Below are positions 19,574-28,204 of a stretch of DNA of 58,852 nt, in pieces. Position numbers and translations under genes: made by a program. How positions within the stretch are numbered: position 1 is the first letter of the stretch; every line of letters starts with the position of its first letter. The notes below the pieces were generated by a model. It saw nothing but the letters and a program-made list of their open reading frames with translations. It was not told the origin of the DNA and ran no database searches. Source of the DNA: Parcubacteria group bacterium GW2011_GWC2_48_17 (GTDB taxonomy: Bacteria; Patescibacteriota; Minisyncoccia; Phycocordibacterales; UBA10002); assembly GCA_001003605.1 (NCBI GenBank), contig LCPL01000006.1, positions 1 to 58,852 of the forward strand. The letters are read 5' to 3'.

Positions 19574-19937
19574 ACATTGCGAGACCCAAACTGATTTCGA
19601 TAGCTTGATTTACTTTTGTCATCGTCCTAGGTAACACCGAGCCAAGCTTGGTAAGTAAGCGTACTTTGTCTACGGTACGGATATGGCCAAGTAGCACCAC
19701 CGAGCGTTTCTCCAACCCTCCTTCAGGCGGCTCAATTAGCACTTCGGTTGGATACACAGGCTCATCAAATTGGGAGGTCAGAGCGGCAACAATAGTTACC
19801 GGACTGTATCGGTTTCCGATATCGTTTTGAAGAATAAGCGCCGGGCGCGTCTTCTTGACTTCCGAGCCGATGGTAGGATCAAAATTCACAATATACACTT
19901 CTCCGCGTTTCGGAGTTGTTTTTGCGTTCCTTTTCAT
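19566..19937 (-). CDS. mazF: PemK/MazF family toxin
   Basis: KRGEVYIVNFDPTIGSEVKKTRPALILQND. Confidence 0.92.
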   Translation of the reverse strand: MKRNAKTTPKRGEVYIVNFDPTIGSEVKKTRPALILQNDIGNRYSPVTIVAALTSQFDEPVYPTEVLIEPPEGGLEKRSVVLLGHIRTVDKVRLLTKLGSVLPRTMTKVNQAIEISLGLAMFT

Positions 19938-19948
19938 ATCCGGTAGCC

Positions 19949-20191
19949 CTATTCGAGATTGAACCATTCCTCTGCGAGAAAGAGGTCCCGCTTGGTGTGT
20001 TTCTCGGCCCCTTTGCGAAGCAATTTTCTAAGATTGCCGTGGCTTGTTTTTTGTACATAGAAGCGCACCGCACGGTCAACGAAACCGCTCCGGTTCCCCC
20101 GAGGAGAGAGGCGCTCTAGTAAACGCACTGTCTCTTGGGGTAGCGTAATATCGATTCTCTTATATGTTTCTCTTACAAGGTGACCACTCAT
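19949..20191 (-). CDS. RHH antitoxin partner of MazF
   Basis: KRIDITLP...NRSGFVDRAVR...LAEEWF; directly upstream of toxin. Confidence 0.8.
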   Translation of the reverse strand: MSGHLVRETYKRIDITLPQETVRLLERLSPRGNRSGFVDRAVRFYVQKTSHGNLRKLLRKGAEKHTKRDLFLAEEWFNLE

Positions 20192-20300
20192 TAACGAATT
20201 ATACACACTGCACCTGTGTAGTGTCAATTTCGCGCAAGTAATTGTCACCTGGGGATGCAAAACATTGTTTTTGCGCTAATTTTTTGCTACACTGCGCTAT

Positions 20301-20480
20301 ATGAATCAAGCAACAAAAACCAAAACTGACAATCGCGCTATGCGTCTTTTGGATAGACTGGCAAGCGCGCAAAAAATACTTCCTGACAGTTGGATAAAAG
20401 CCGCAGGTATTATTCGCGACGCTAAACAGCGCCGTGATTTAGAACGCCATGTCAAAAAGATTCGTTCGGAATGGAGATAA
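20301..20480 (+). CDS. 59-aa VapB-like antitoxin (not in ORF track)
   Basis: MNQATKTKTDNRAMRLLDRLASAQKILPDSWIKAAGIIRDAKQRRDLERHVKKIRSEWR; 12 nt upstream of the PIN toxin. Confidence 0.75.
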   Translation: MNQATKTKTDNRAMRLLDRLASAQKILPDSWIKAAGIIRDAKQRRDLERHVKKIRSEWR

Positions 20481-20492
20481 TGTGTCCTACCT

Positions 20493-20864
20493 ATGACGCT
20501 GGATACCAACATCATTATTCTCTACTTGAATCGTGAGACGGCCATCGTTCGCGCGCTTGATGAAATACGGAAGCAAGGCGTATCGTTTATTCTCCCCGCC
20601 GCCGTTGAGGCGGAGTTTTTGTCCTTCTCGTCGTGGACGCCTGACCAACGTAGGACAATGGAAGAATTTCTGGAAGAAAATTTTGTCTTTGTTTCGCTTG
20701 ACCGACCGCTCGCACGTCTCGCCGCTCGTATTCGTGTTAACACAAGGATAAAATTTGCTGATGCATCAATCGCCGCAACGGCGCTTTTTACTAACACACC
20801 TCTTGTTACTCGAAATGTCCGTGATTTCAAAAAAGTTCCAGGATTACAGGTGATGACTCTATAA
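20493..20864 (+). CDS. vapC: VapC/PIN domain toxin
   Basis: LDTNIII...E...DASIAATA...LVTRN.RDF. Confidence 0.9.
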   Translation: MTLDTNIIILYLNRETAIVRALDEIRKQGVSFILPAAVEAEFLSFSSWTPDQRRTMEEFLEENFVFVSLDRPLARLAARIRVNTRIKFADASIAATALFTNTPLVTRNVRDFKKVPGLQVMTL

Positions 20865-21105
20865 ATCACACGGGATCATGCGACCCACTTTTCATCCGCC
20901 CGCCGGAACGAACAAAAAGAGATTTTTGAGCGCATAAGAAAAACCGCCAAAGCATTGCTTTAACGGCTTTCCTTGTTTGCCCCTTGCGGAGCGAGCCCGA
21001 AGGCACTTGTGATACAATACTAGCAACAGGAAAAAGAAAGCTAAGAGGTGTCTTGTGATTCAGTTATTCAGTCACATGTTATAAGTTATTCAGTTTCTTC
21101 TTCAA

Positions 21106-22308
21106 ATGTCCCGCAAAACCAAAACCATCATAGCTGTCGCCGTAGTTCTCTTGCTTATAGCGCTTGGTGTTTTCTTGTATTTTCTGTGGAATAAGAAGCC
21201 GGTTTCGCCCGACTTGGGTGGCACATTCCCTCCACCGACAGATGAAATCGCTCCGGAGGAAAAACCTCCGGTAACGCTCCCAGAAGAAGTCGCGGGGCCA
21301 TTTGAGCCGATACTGCGCCAGCTTTCCAAAGTGCCGATAGCAGGAGCCGTGCTCGGAGTAAAAAGCGGCGAGGCCGTCGTGCGCTATCAGGAACGCGCCA
21401 CGGGAAATATATATGAAATCGGGGCGGCGGGAGAGGGAGAGAAACGGCTTACGAATACTACGATTCCGAAAGTTTATGAAGCGCTTTGGAGCAAAACAGG
21501 CACCGAGCTTGTTTCCCGCTACGTTCGCGAGAATAGCGAGATAATCGAGTCCTTTTCGGCACGAGTCATTCCTGAATCGTCAGGAAAAGAAGGCGAGCTT
21601 CAGGGTGTATTTTTGCCTCGAGATATTTCAAGCGCCGCGATAGCGCCGGATGGAAAGAAGGTTTTCTATTTGCAAGGGGAGAACGGCGGAGCATCCGGCA
21701 TACAGAGCGACCTTTCCGGCAACGGAAAAACGAAGATTTGGGCATCTCCCGTCCGTGAATGGCTGGTGTCATGGCCGGCGGCAAACAAAATCGCGATTTT
21801 ATCAAAGCCCTCCGGTTTTGCTTCAGGAATGCTCATTTCGCTTGACCCTCTAAGCGGAGCGAGAACGCTTGTTCTACGGAATATCCCCGGACTCACGGCT
21901 CTTATGAACCCAGCTAAATCGCTGACGCTGTATTCGGCGAGCAGTGAATCGAACATTTCGCTCCACATGCTAGACACAGCAACTGGAAGAAATAGCACCG
22001 TTCGCACTACAACATTTCCGGAAAAATGCGTATGGAGCAAAAATGGGGAAAGCTTTTACTGCGGCGTTCCAAAGATAATTCCGCCGGGAACATACCCTGA
22101 CGTGTGGTACCAAGGAGTTATCGCGTTTGAAGACGAAGTATGGGGCATCACTCCTTCGTCTGGAGTAACGGATCGCGTGCTTGACATAAGCGGGAAGCGC
22201 GGAATCCCGATTGACCTTATAAACCCGGAGGTAAGTCCTGATGAAAAATTCCTCATCTTTACGGACAAAGAAAGCGGCACGCTGTGGAGTTTGCAGATGA
22301 AGCCGTAA
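21106..22308 (+). CDS. Membrane-anchored TolB-like beta-propeller protein
   Basis: N-terminal TM; APDGKKVFY, SPDEKFLIF propeller-like repeats. Confidence 0.7.
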   Translation: MSRKTKTIIAVAVVLLLIALGVFLYFLWNKKPVSPDLGGTFPPPTDEIAPEEKPPVTLPEEVAGPFEPILRQLSKVPIAGAVLGVKSGEAVVRYQERATGNIYEIGAAGEGEKRLTNTTIPKVYEALWSKTGTELVSRYVRENSEIIESFSARVIPESSGKEGELQGVFLPRDISSAAIAPDGKKVFYLQGENGGASGIQSDLSGNGKTKIWASPVREWLVSWPAANKIAILSKPSGFASGMLISLDPLSGARTLVLRNIPGLTALMNPAKSLTLYSASSESNISLHMLDTATGRNSTVRTTTFPEKCVWSKNGESFYCGVPKIIPPGTYPDVWYQGVIAFEDEVWGITPSSGVTDRVLDISGKRGIPIDLINPEVSPDEKFLIFTDKESGTLWSLQMKP

Positions 22309-22309
22309 G

Positions 22310-22769
22310 GCGTATAACGCAAAACGTGTAGCGTTAGCGGAAGAAAAGACTTGGCGTATAACGGGTAACGCACAATGGAAAACAAAACCTACCACGAGGA
22401 GTTAAAACAATTGATGAATGAGTACGTACAGAAAGTATATATATGCACTAAGAAGTTCCCGATGGAAGAGATATTCGGTGTAACCTCACAACTGCGGCGA
22501 GCCGCATTATCGGTTGTCTTAAACTACATTGAAGGATACGCGAGACAGCGAAAAGAAGTGTTGCGAAATTTTATCGAAATATCATACGGCTCTCTCAAGG
22601 AAAGCGGTTATTTAATTTGGTTCTCAAAAACTCAACAATACTTAAGCGAATCAGACTGCAAAGACCTTACCGCGCTCGGAGACAGAATTGGAAAAATGCT
22701 TTGGGGGATTCTGATGGGACTTAAGAAGAAATAGTTTTTCGTTACACGCTTCACGATACACGTTACACG
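22310..22769 (+). mobile_element. Repeat-bracketed cassette 4 (GTATAAC/TGTAACG vs CGTTACA arms)
   Basis: gcgtataacgcaaaacgtgtagcg ... cgttacacgcttcacgatacacgttacacgc, between two convergent stop codons. Confidence 0.72.
22375..22734 (+). CDS. Four helix bundle protein
   Basis: FPMEEIFGVTSQLRRAALSVVLNYIEG; about 80% identical to 34039..34398. Confidence 0.9.
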   Translation: MENKTYHEELKQLMNEYVQKVYICTKKFPMEEIFGVTSQLRRAALSVVLNYIEGYARQRKEVLRNFIEISYGSLKESGYLIWFSKTQQYLSESDCKDLTALGDRIGKMLWGILMGLKKK

Positions 22770-23278
22770 CTGTCCCCGATGTACTTAATCACCACTCTTC
22801 GTCGTTCTCCTTCGCCTATTGATTCGGTTTTGAGGTCGGTGGATTCCTGAAGGTAAGAGTGTATTACCATGCGGTCATAGCTCGACATTGGTTCAAGTTC
22901 AACACTTGTTTTGAAAGAGCGCGCCCTATCGCCCATGACTTTGGCCAAATTCTTGATGTTCTCGGCAGCCGTTTCCTGATAGCCGTTCACGTCAATGAAA
23001 AACGACATTTCTTTTTCGCCCGCGCTTTGAGAAACCGTTTCAGCAGAACTTCCGGCCGTTGCTTTCTTCGCGGCGTTTTTGGATGACACAATCTTCTTAA
23101 CTATGTGATTCAGCGCGAAGAGATTTGCTCCTTTTGTCCCTATGAGCATGTGCGAATCCGGCGTCTTCACGGAAAAACATTCCCGCCCGTCGGAGTGTTT
23201 GGTTTCTATGCTATCAACGCCCACATTCATGTGTTTTAGCAGGCCGATTATAAGCTCTTTTATGTCGTTTGAATCCAT
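22763..23278 (-). CDS. jag: Jag/EloR KH-R3H RNA-binding protein
   Basis: LIGTKGANLFAL (KH) and LEPMSSYDRMVIH (R3H); ATG at 23278, longer ORF is repeat read-through. Confidence 0.88.
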   Translation of the reverse strand: MDSNDIKELIIGLLKHMNVGVDSIETKHSDGRECFSVKTPDSHMLIGTKGANLFALNHIVKKIVSSKNAAKKATAGSSAETVSQSAGEKEMSFFIDVNGYQETAAENIKNLAKVMGDRARSFKTSVELEPMSSYDRMVIHSYLQESTDLKTESIGEGERRRVVIKYIGDSV

Positions 23279-23287
23279 AGTTTTATA

Positions 23288-23493
23288 AAATCCTAAATCC
23301 GAATATCGAAATCCGAAACAATATCTTGCGAAACTTCCAAAACACAAACCGACAAAAACCCAAACAAAACACAAATATTCCAAACCTATCAAACATCCCG
23401 TCTATACTTTGCCTTGTTTGTGAACTGTGTTTTGTTTGGCATTTTGGATACTGTGCTTTGTGTTTTAAGAAGATGCTTCGTGCTTCGAATTTT
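23288..23493. repeat. Nested empty hairpins (TCGAAAT family enclosing CAAAACA family)
   Basis: aaatccgaatatcgaaatccgaaa...ttcgtgcttcgaattt around caaaacacaaac...ttgtttggcattttggatactgtgctttg. Confidence 0.75.
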
Positions 23494-23494
23494 G

Positions 23495-24229
23495 TCACGA
23501 CTGCGGAACATTCTGCTGCGTTTTCGCTAATGACCTCCGCACAATAATCTCCTGCGCGATGGTAAACAGACTACTGGTTATAAAATAAAGCGCAACTGCG
23601 CCGGAGACGGCATAGGCAACGAAGGCCATAAATATCGGCAAAATATATTTCATTTGCAAATGCATGCCGCGCGCGAGGTCGTTTCCTAGCGACGGCGTGT
23701 CGGTTTTTGCGGGAGCGGGAGGCATGGCGAAATGGCCCTGCAAAAGCTGGGCGACACCGGCGAGAACCGCGAGGAGCAGGCTTTTTTCAAGGATATTGAT
23801 GCCGAAGAAGTGCATGTCGGGAGAGGGCGACGGCACGAACGAGTACAGGAGTGAAGCGTCCACGGAAGGTAACCCGCCCTTGTAAAATACATAATATAAC
23901 GCGATGACAATCGGAATTTGGATGAAGAGGGGAATAATCGCGGCAAACGGGTTGACTTTCTTCTCGCGATAGAACTCCAGAATCGCCTTTCCTTGCGCCT
24001 GTTTGTCGTTTTTGTACTTTTCCTTGATGCGGTTAAGGTCTCCTTCGTGCGCTTTCATCTCAAGCTGAAACTTAGCCGCTTTGTGGGAAAGAGGGGAGAG
24101 GAGGAGCTTCACAATGCAGGTAAGCAGGATAACCGCCGCCCCCACGGAGTGTCCGGGCAGAAGGCTAATCAAAAAAATAAGCCCGTTGTAGAGCGGGACA
24201 TAGAAAACGGTTTTAAGAAGCGCGAGCAT
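23495..24229 (-). CDS. yidC: YidC/Oxa1 membrane insertase
   Basis: KLLLSPL...YREKKVNPF...IQIP...ALYFITS; synteny with rnpA/jag. Confidence 0.93.
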   Translation of the reverse strand: MLALLKTVFYVPLYNGLIFLISLLPGHSVGAAVILLTCIVKLLLSPLSHKAAKFQLEMKAHEGDLNRIKEKYKNDKQAQGKAILEFYREKKVNPFAAIIPLFIQIPIVIALYYVFYKGGLPSVDASLLYSFVPSPSPDMHFFGINILEKSLLLAVLAGVAQLLQGHFAMPPAPAKTDTPSLGNDLARGMHLQMKYILPIFMAFVAYAVSGAVALYFITSSLFTIAQEIIVRRSLAKTQQNVPQS

Positions 24230-24255
24230 GCCCTCATTCTAGCCCAAAATGAGGA

Positions 24256-24412
24256 AAGCACAAAGTTCAGACAGACATACCAAAGCACAGTATCCAAAGG
24301 CCAAACAAAAACACCAAAACACAGTTCACAAAAATCCAAACGGACTGCATATTTGGTTTGTGCTTTGAAAAAGTCTGTGCCTTGTTTGGTTTTTTGTGCG
24401 GTTTGTGTTTTG
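24256..24412. repeat. Empty hairpin, CAAAACA/CACAGTA family
   Basis: caaagcacagtatccaaaggccaaacaa matches reverse complement of 23433-23461 and resembles 52096-52143. Confidence 0.75.
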
Positions 24413-24423
24413 GGCCTTCGCAA

Positions 24424-24753
24424 CTACAAACGGCGAACGGCTTGTTTTACCGCCATGAGAAACTCTTGTTCTAATTCTTTGAATGTAATGTCGAGGGCTC
24501 CTTTTTTAAGGGTTACGGTAAGCGTCTTTTGAGGTTGGAAAGGATGTTTTGCGATAATATGATACATCCTTCGCCGAAGAAGATTTCGGTCAACCGCTTT
24601 TTTGTAGGTGGATGCAGACACAATGACGGCAAATTTTTCTTTGCCGACAGGAACTCGTATGCAGCGGAGTGTGAGCCTTGGGGTGTGCACGAAAAACGTG
24701 CGCTGAAACTGTTTGAAGTCCTTGGTTGTTAGCCGTTTGGCTTTTGGCAACAT
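24424..24753 (-). CDS. rnpA: Ribonuclease P protein
   Basis: MLPKAKRL...KKAVDRNLLRRR RNR-type motif. Confidence 0.93.
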   Translation of the reverse strand: MLPKAKRLTTKDFKQFQRTFFVHTPRLTLRCIRVPVGKEKFAVIVSASTYKKAVDRNLLRRRMYHIIAKHPFQPQKTLTVTLKKGALDITFKELEQEFLMAVKQAVRRL

Positions 24754-24771
24754 GGGAACAACTGATTAACT

Positions 24772-24874
24772 ATTTAGCTTGCTAGCTTTTTAGGAAAGTA
24801 AAGAGAAAGATACCCAGTACAGAAGGTAGGACTTTTCTTACTAACAAGCTAATTAGCTAGAAAGCTAAGAAGCT
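24772..24874. repeat. Empty hairpin, TAGCTNNN octamer family
   Basis: tagcttgctagctttttagg ... ctaacaagctaattagctagaaagctaagaagct, overlapping the rpmH stop. Confidence 0.75.
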
Positions 24875-25017
24875 CTTTGTCGGCTTACTGTAAGTTTTTT
24901 TCTGCCCTTTCCCCGCCTGCGGGAGAGCGCTCTCCGCCCCCCAGGTGTGGCCATGCGAGAGAGAAATCCATGCGTTCTCGCTCGTTTTTTTCTTTTTGGT
25001 TTGTAAGTGAAGCTCAT
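24865..25017 (-). CDS. rpmH: 50S ribosomal protein L34 (not in ORF track)
   Basis: [50 protein letters not shown]. Confidence 0.95.
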   Translation of the reverse strand: MSFTYKPKRKKRARTHGFLSRMATPGGRRALSRRRGKGRKKLTVSRQRAS

Positions 25018-25019
25018 AG

Positions 25020-25093
25020 ACGTGTAGCGTGTAGCGTGTAGCGAAGAATCTCCTAATTCTGAAAACTCTTGCGTTACACGTTACACGATTCGC
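25020..25093. repeat. Empty heptamer hairpin directly upstream of rpmH
   Basis: cgtgtagcgtgtagcgtgtagcg ... cgttacacgttacacgattcgcg. Confidence 0.8.
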
Positions 25094-25186
25094 GATTGTC
25101 CCCAATCTGTCCCCACATTATTAACATAAGGTCGTGTTTTTTACAAGTTTTGTATTTTCGTTATCAGTATATACTAGTATCGACTC

Positions 25187-25286
25187 AATTAGCTTGCTAG
25201 CTTTTTAGCTAGTTAGCTTTCTAGGAAGGAGACGGTACGCTAATAAGCTAGTAACCTGTAGTCGCAGACTAGCTAAACAGCTAATT
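25187..25286. repeat. Octamer hairpin directly upstream of dnaA
   Basis: tagcttgc-tagctttt-tagctagt-tagctttc ... ctaataagctagtaacc...ctagctaaacagctaatt. Confidence 0.8.
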
Positions 25287-25295
25287 CCCTAACCA

Positions 25296-26645
25296 ATGAA
25301 TGATATTAAAAAACTGTGGGAGGGCGCCCTCTTGGAAATAGAACTCTCGGTTTCCAAGGCTAATTTTACGACATGGTTTAAGGATACCTCTATAGCCCGT
25401 ATTGAGGAGGGGATAGTTTATCTTTCGGTGCCGAATACTTTCGTAAAGGATTGGCTTCTAAACAAATATCATAAGTTTATACTGCGTTCTCTCCGCAATA
25501 TTTCTGAACAAATCAGAGCGCTCGAATATACAGTTACCAAAGAAGATGTGCGTAAAAGGGAGCCGTTAGCCGTCCAAGTGGATTCTTCTTCGCTTACTTC
25601 CGAACTTCCAATTCAAGATTATTACGTGGATAAGGAAACCAACCTTAACCCGCGCTATACTTTCGACTCTTTTATTGTCGGGCCGTTTAACGAACTGGCG
25701 CACGCAGCCGCTTTGGCAATAATCAAAAGCCCTGGGATTACATATAACCCTCTTTTTGTGTATGGGTCAACTGGACACGGCAAAACGCACCTTATTCAGG
25801 CGATAGGAAATAAAATTAGAACTCTATTCCCAAACTACCGTATTTTTTACATGACGTCTGAAAAATTCTCGCAGGAATTCTTGAGTGCCATGCAAAATAA
25901 CCGCATCACTCAATTTAAGGAGAAATACCGCCAGTACGACTGTGTCATCATGGACGACATACAATTTTTCTCGGAAAAGGAGAGAAGCCAGGAGGAACTA
26001 TTCCATTTGTTCAATGAACTGTACGCGCACAATAAGCAAATTATCTTTTCTTCGGACCGGCACCCAAATTACATCCAAGGACTCGAGGAGCGCCTCAAAT
26101 CTAGATTCGCCGCGGGTATGACGGTGGATATTCCTCCTCCAGACAGAGAGTCGCGCGTATCAATTTTGAAGGCTAAGGCTCGCCTTATGAAGCTTAAGCT
26201 TGCTGACGACGCGGCCGAATACATATCAGCGGCTCTTGAGGGAAACATACGCGAACTTGAAGGAATGCTAAATTCAATTATGATGAAGACGGAGGTGAAG
26301 GGGGGGGAACTTGGCCTTTTAGAGATTAAGGAGATTCTAAAAAATACCAGCAAGCCCAAAAAAGCCTTATCCGCAAAGGAAATTACGAAAGTCATAGCGG
26401 ACTTTTACAGCATTGACGAAAACCACATCTACGAAAAGACTCGCAGGAAGGAGGTGGTAAAGCCAAGACAGCTTGTGATGTATATTCTTCGAGAAGACTG
26501 CCGCTTTTCATTTCCGCTTATCGGGCAGAAACTCGGGGGGAGGGACCACACGACTGTCATACACTCGTGCGAAAAAATCAGAAACGAGATTTTGGAAGAC
26601 CCGAATCTTCTTCAGGAAATAAACCAGATTCGCGCGTTGCTGTAA
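25296..26645 (+). CDS. dnaA: Chromosomal replication initiator DnaA
   Basis: YNPLFVYGSTGHGKTHL, DDIQF, GGRDHTTVIH. Confidence 0.98.
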   Translation: MNDIKKLWEGALLEIELSVSKANFTTWFKDTSIARIEEGIVYLSVPNTFVKDWLLNKYHKFILRSLRNISEQIRALEYTVTKEDVRKREPLAVQVDSSSLTSELPIQDYYVDKETNLNPRYTFDSFIVGPFNELAHAAALAIIKSPGITYNPLFVYGSTGHGKTHLIQAIGNKIRTLFPNYRIFYMTSEKFSQEFLSAMQNNRITQFKEKYRQYDCVIMDDIQFFSEKERSQEELFHLFNELYAHNKQIIFSSDRHPNYIQGLEERLKSRFAAGMTVDIPPPDRESRVSILKAKARLMKLKLADDAAEYISAALEGNIRELEGMLNSIMMKTEVKGGELGLLEIKEILKNTSKPKKALSAKEITKVIADFYSIDENHIYEKTRRKEVVKPRQLVMYILREDCRFSFPLIGQKLGGRDHTTVIHSCEKIRNEILEDPNLLQEINQIRALL

Positions 26646-26940
26646 AAACACGTCGCCTTATATCCTGTGAATAACGCGGGCGCAAGACGGTGAATAAATT
26701 GTGGGAAACTAAATCAAAAAAGAACAAGGTGAAATCTTCTGCGTCGCCATAAACATTACAACCAATGTCTATTCCGCCAAAAAATCACTACACGACAAAG
26801 GAAAATCACTTTATCAACTTATCCACACTCATCATCATCAATATTCAATATTATAAAAATAAAAACAAAGAATACTTTGCAAAACAACAATTTATAGATA
26901 AACACAACCACTTGATTTACTCATAAACACCCACAATCTA
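26646..26940. other. Probable oriC
   Basis: Between dnaA and dnaN; TGTGAATAA 26666-26674, TTATCCACA 26819-26827, followed by an AT-rich tract. Confidence 0.75.
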
Positions 26941-28041
26941 ATGAAAATAGAAGTTATTAAAGATAAACTTCAAATAGTGGTGGGAAAAGCGCAAAGATTG
27001 TCTTCTAAACATCTTTCACTTCCAATTCTTTCGCATGTTCTTCTTACGGCCAAGCACGGGTCTCTTGTTGTGCGTGCCACCAACCTTGATATGGGGGGGG
27101 AATATACTATTCCCGCAAAAGTAGACAAAGAGGGGTCTGTGGCTGTCCCGGCTGTGGTTTTCTCTTCCTTTATTTCAAACTTGGGTGGCGCGCGGAGTGT
27201 GATTTTGGACGCCTCAGACAACAAACTTACTATTTCAACAGAAGGGAATAAAGCCATTATTAACGGTGCAAGCAGTGATGATTTCCCAACTATCCCAAAA
27301 GCCGAGGGTTCATTTTTCTCCATAGACCCGCAGATGCTCCTTAAGGGATTTAAGTCTGTATATTACGCGGGAGCGCTCGGAAATCTGAAGCCAGAGCTCT
27401 CCAGTGTGTTTCTCTATCACGATAACGAAGAGTTTGTATTCGCCGCAACCGACTCTTTCAGACTTGCGGAAAAAAGAATCCAGTTTAAAAAAACAGCCAC
27501 AGCATTCCAGCCAGTTCTCGTACCAATTAAGAACGTGGCGGAAATTATCCGCATGCTAGAGGAGGAGAAAGACGAAATACGGGTCTTCGTGGCCAAGGGG
27601 CAGCTTTCAATCGAGGGGAACAACCTACTCTTCACCTCAAGACTCATAGAGGGTTCTTTTCCCGACTATAAACAGATTATTCCAAAAGACTCTGTGGCTG
27701 AGGCGGTGGTTCTCAAAGAAGACCTTTTAGGGGCGCTCAAGCTTACAGCGCTATTCTCGGACCGATTCAATCAGCTACATATCCATTTAGACCAGAAAAA
27801 AAAGCTTTTTGAGCTTTCGGCTCGAAGTGGCGAGCTTGGGGAAAGTAAATCATCAGTTCACGCGGCTTTGTCAGGAGAAACAGTCCAGAGTAATTTTAAT
27901 TATCGCTATATAGCGGACTGCCTGCCAGCAATTTCGGCGGACAGCATGGCTTTTAGGTGGAGCGGCGACAACCGCCCGCTTCTCATTGGTGGAGTAGGAG
28001 ATAAATCATTCCGGTACATGGTGATGCCGATGAACCGCTAA
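26941..28041 (+). CDS. dnaN: DNA polymerase III beta clamp
   Basis: ATNLD, AATDSFRLA, SRLIEGSFPDY, YMVMPM. Confidence 0.97.
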   Translation: MKIEVIKDKLQIVVGKAQRLSSKHLSLPILSHVLLTAKHGSLVVRATNLDMGGEYTIPAKVDKEGSVAVPAVVFSSFISNLGGARSVILDASDNKLTISTEGNKAIINGASSDDFPTIPKAEGSFFSIDPQMLLKGFKSVYYAGALGNLKPELSSVFLYHDNEEFVFAATDSFRLAEKRIQFKKTATAFQPVLVPIKNVAEIIRMLEEEKDEIRVFVAKGQLSIEGNNLLFTSRLIEGSFPDYKQIIPKDSVAEAVVLKEDLLGALKLTALFSDRFNQLHIHLDQKKKLFELSARSGELGESKSSVHAALSGETVQSNFNYRYIADCLPAISADSMAFRWSGDNRPLLIGGVGDKSFRYMVMPMNR

Positions 28042-28046
28042 ATTAA

Positions 28047-28187
28047 AATATCGAATATCTAATTTCGAATATCGAAAAAATACTTAAAACGCAACAAATA
28101 CCAAAGTAAATGAAAAAGCAATTTTCTTTTCACTTTCTTTTTTGGTATTCGACATTTTTCGAGATTAGGTATTCGAAATTCGAAATT
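28047..28187. repeat. Empty hairpin, TCGAA(A/T)A heptamer family
   Basis: aatatcgaatatctaatttcgaatatcgaa ... ttcgacatttttcgagattaggtattcgaaattcgaaatt. Confidence 0.8.
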
Positions 28188-28204
28188 AATCTTCTGTGAA
28201 GATG

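Noticed and set aside
23279-24423. N-terminal extension of jag and ORFs 23283..23498, 23326..23547, 24169..24423
   Set aside because: F/C/V-rich or K/Q/T-rich translations of repeat arms; a proper ATG exists at 23278. The same applies to extensions of the 1615, 51557 and 52053 ORFs.
24857-25105. 82-aa ORF
   Set aside because: Wrong frame; the real gene is rpmH 24865..25017.
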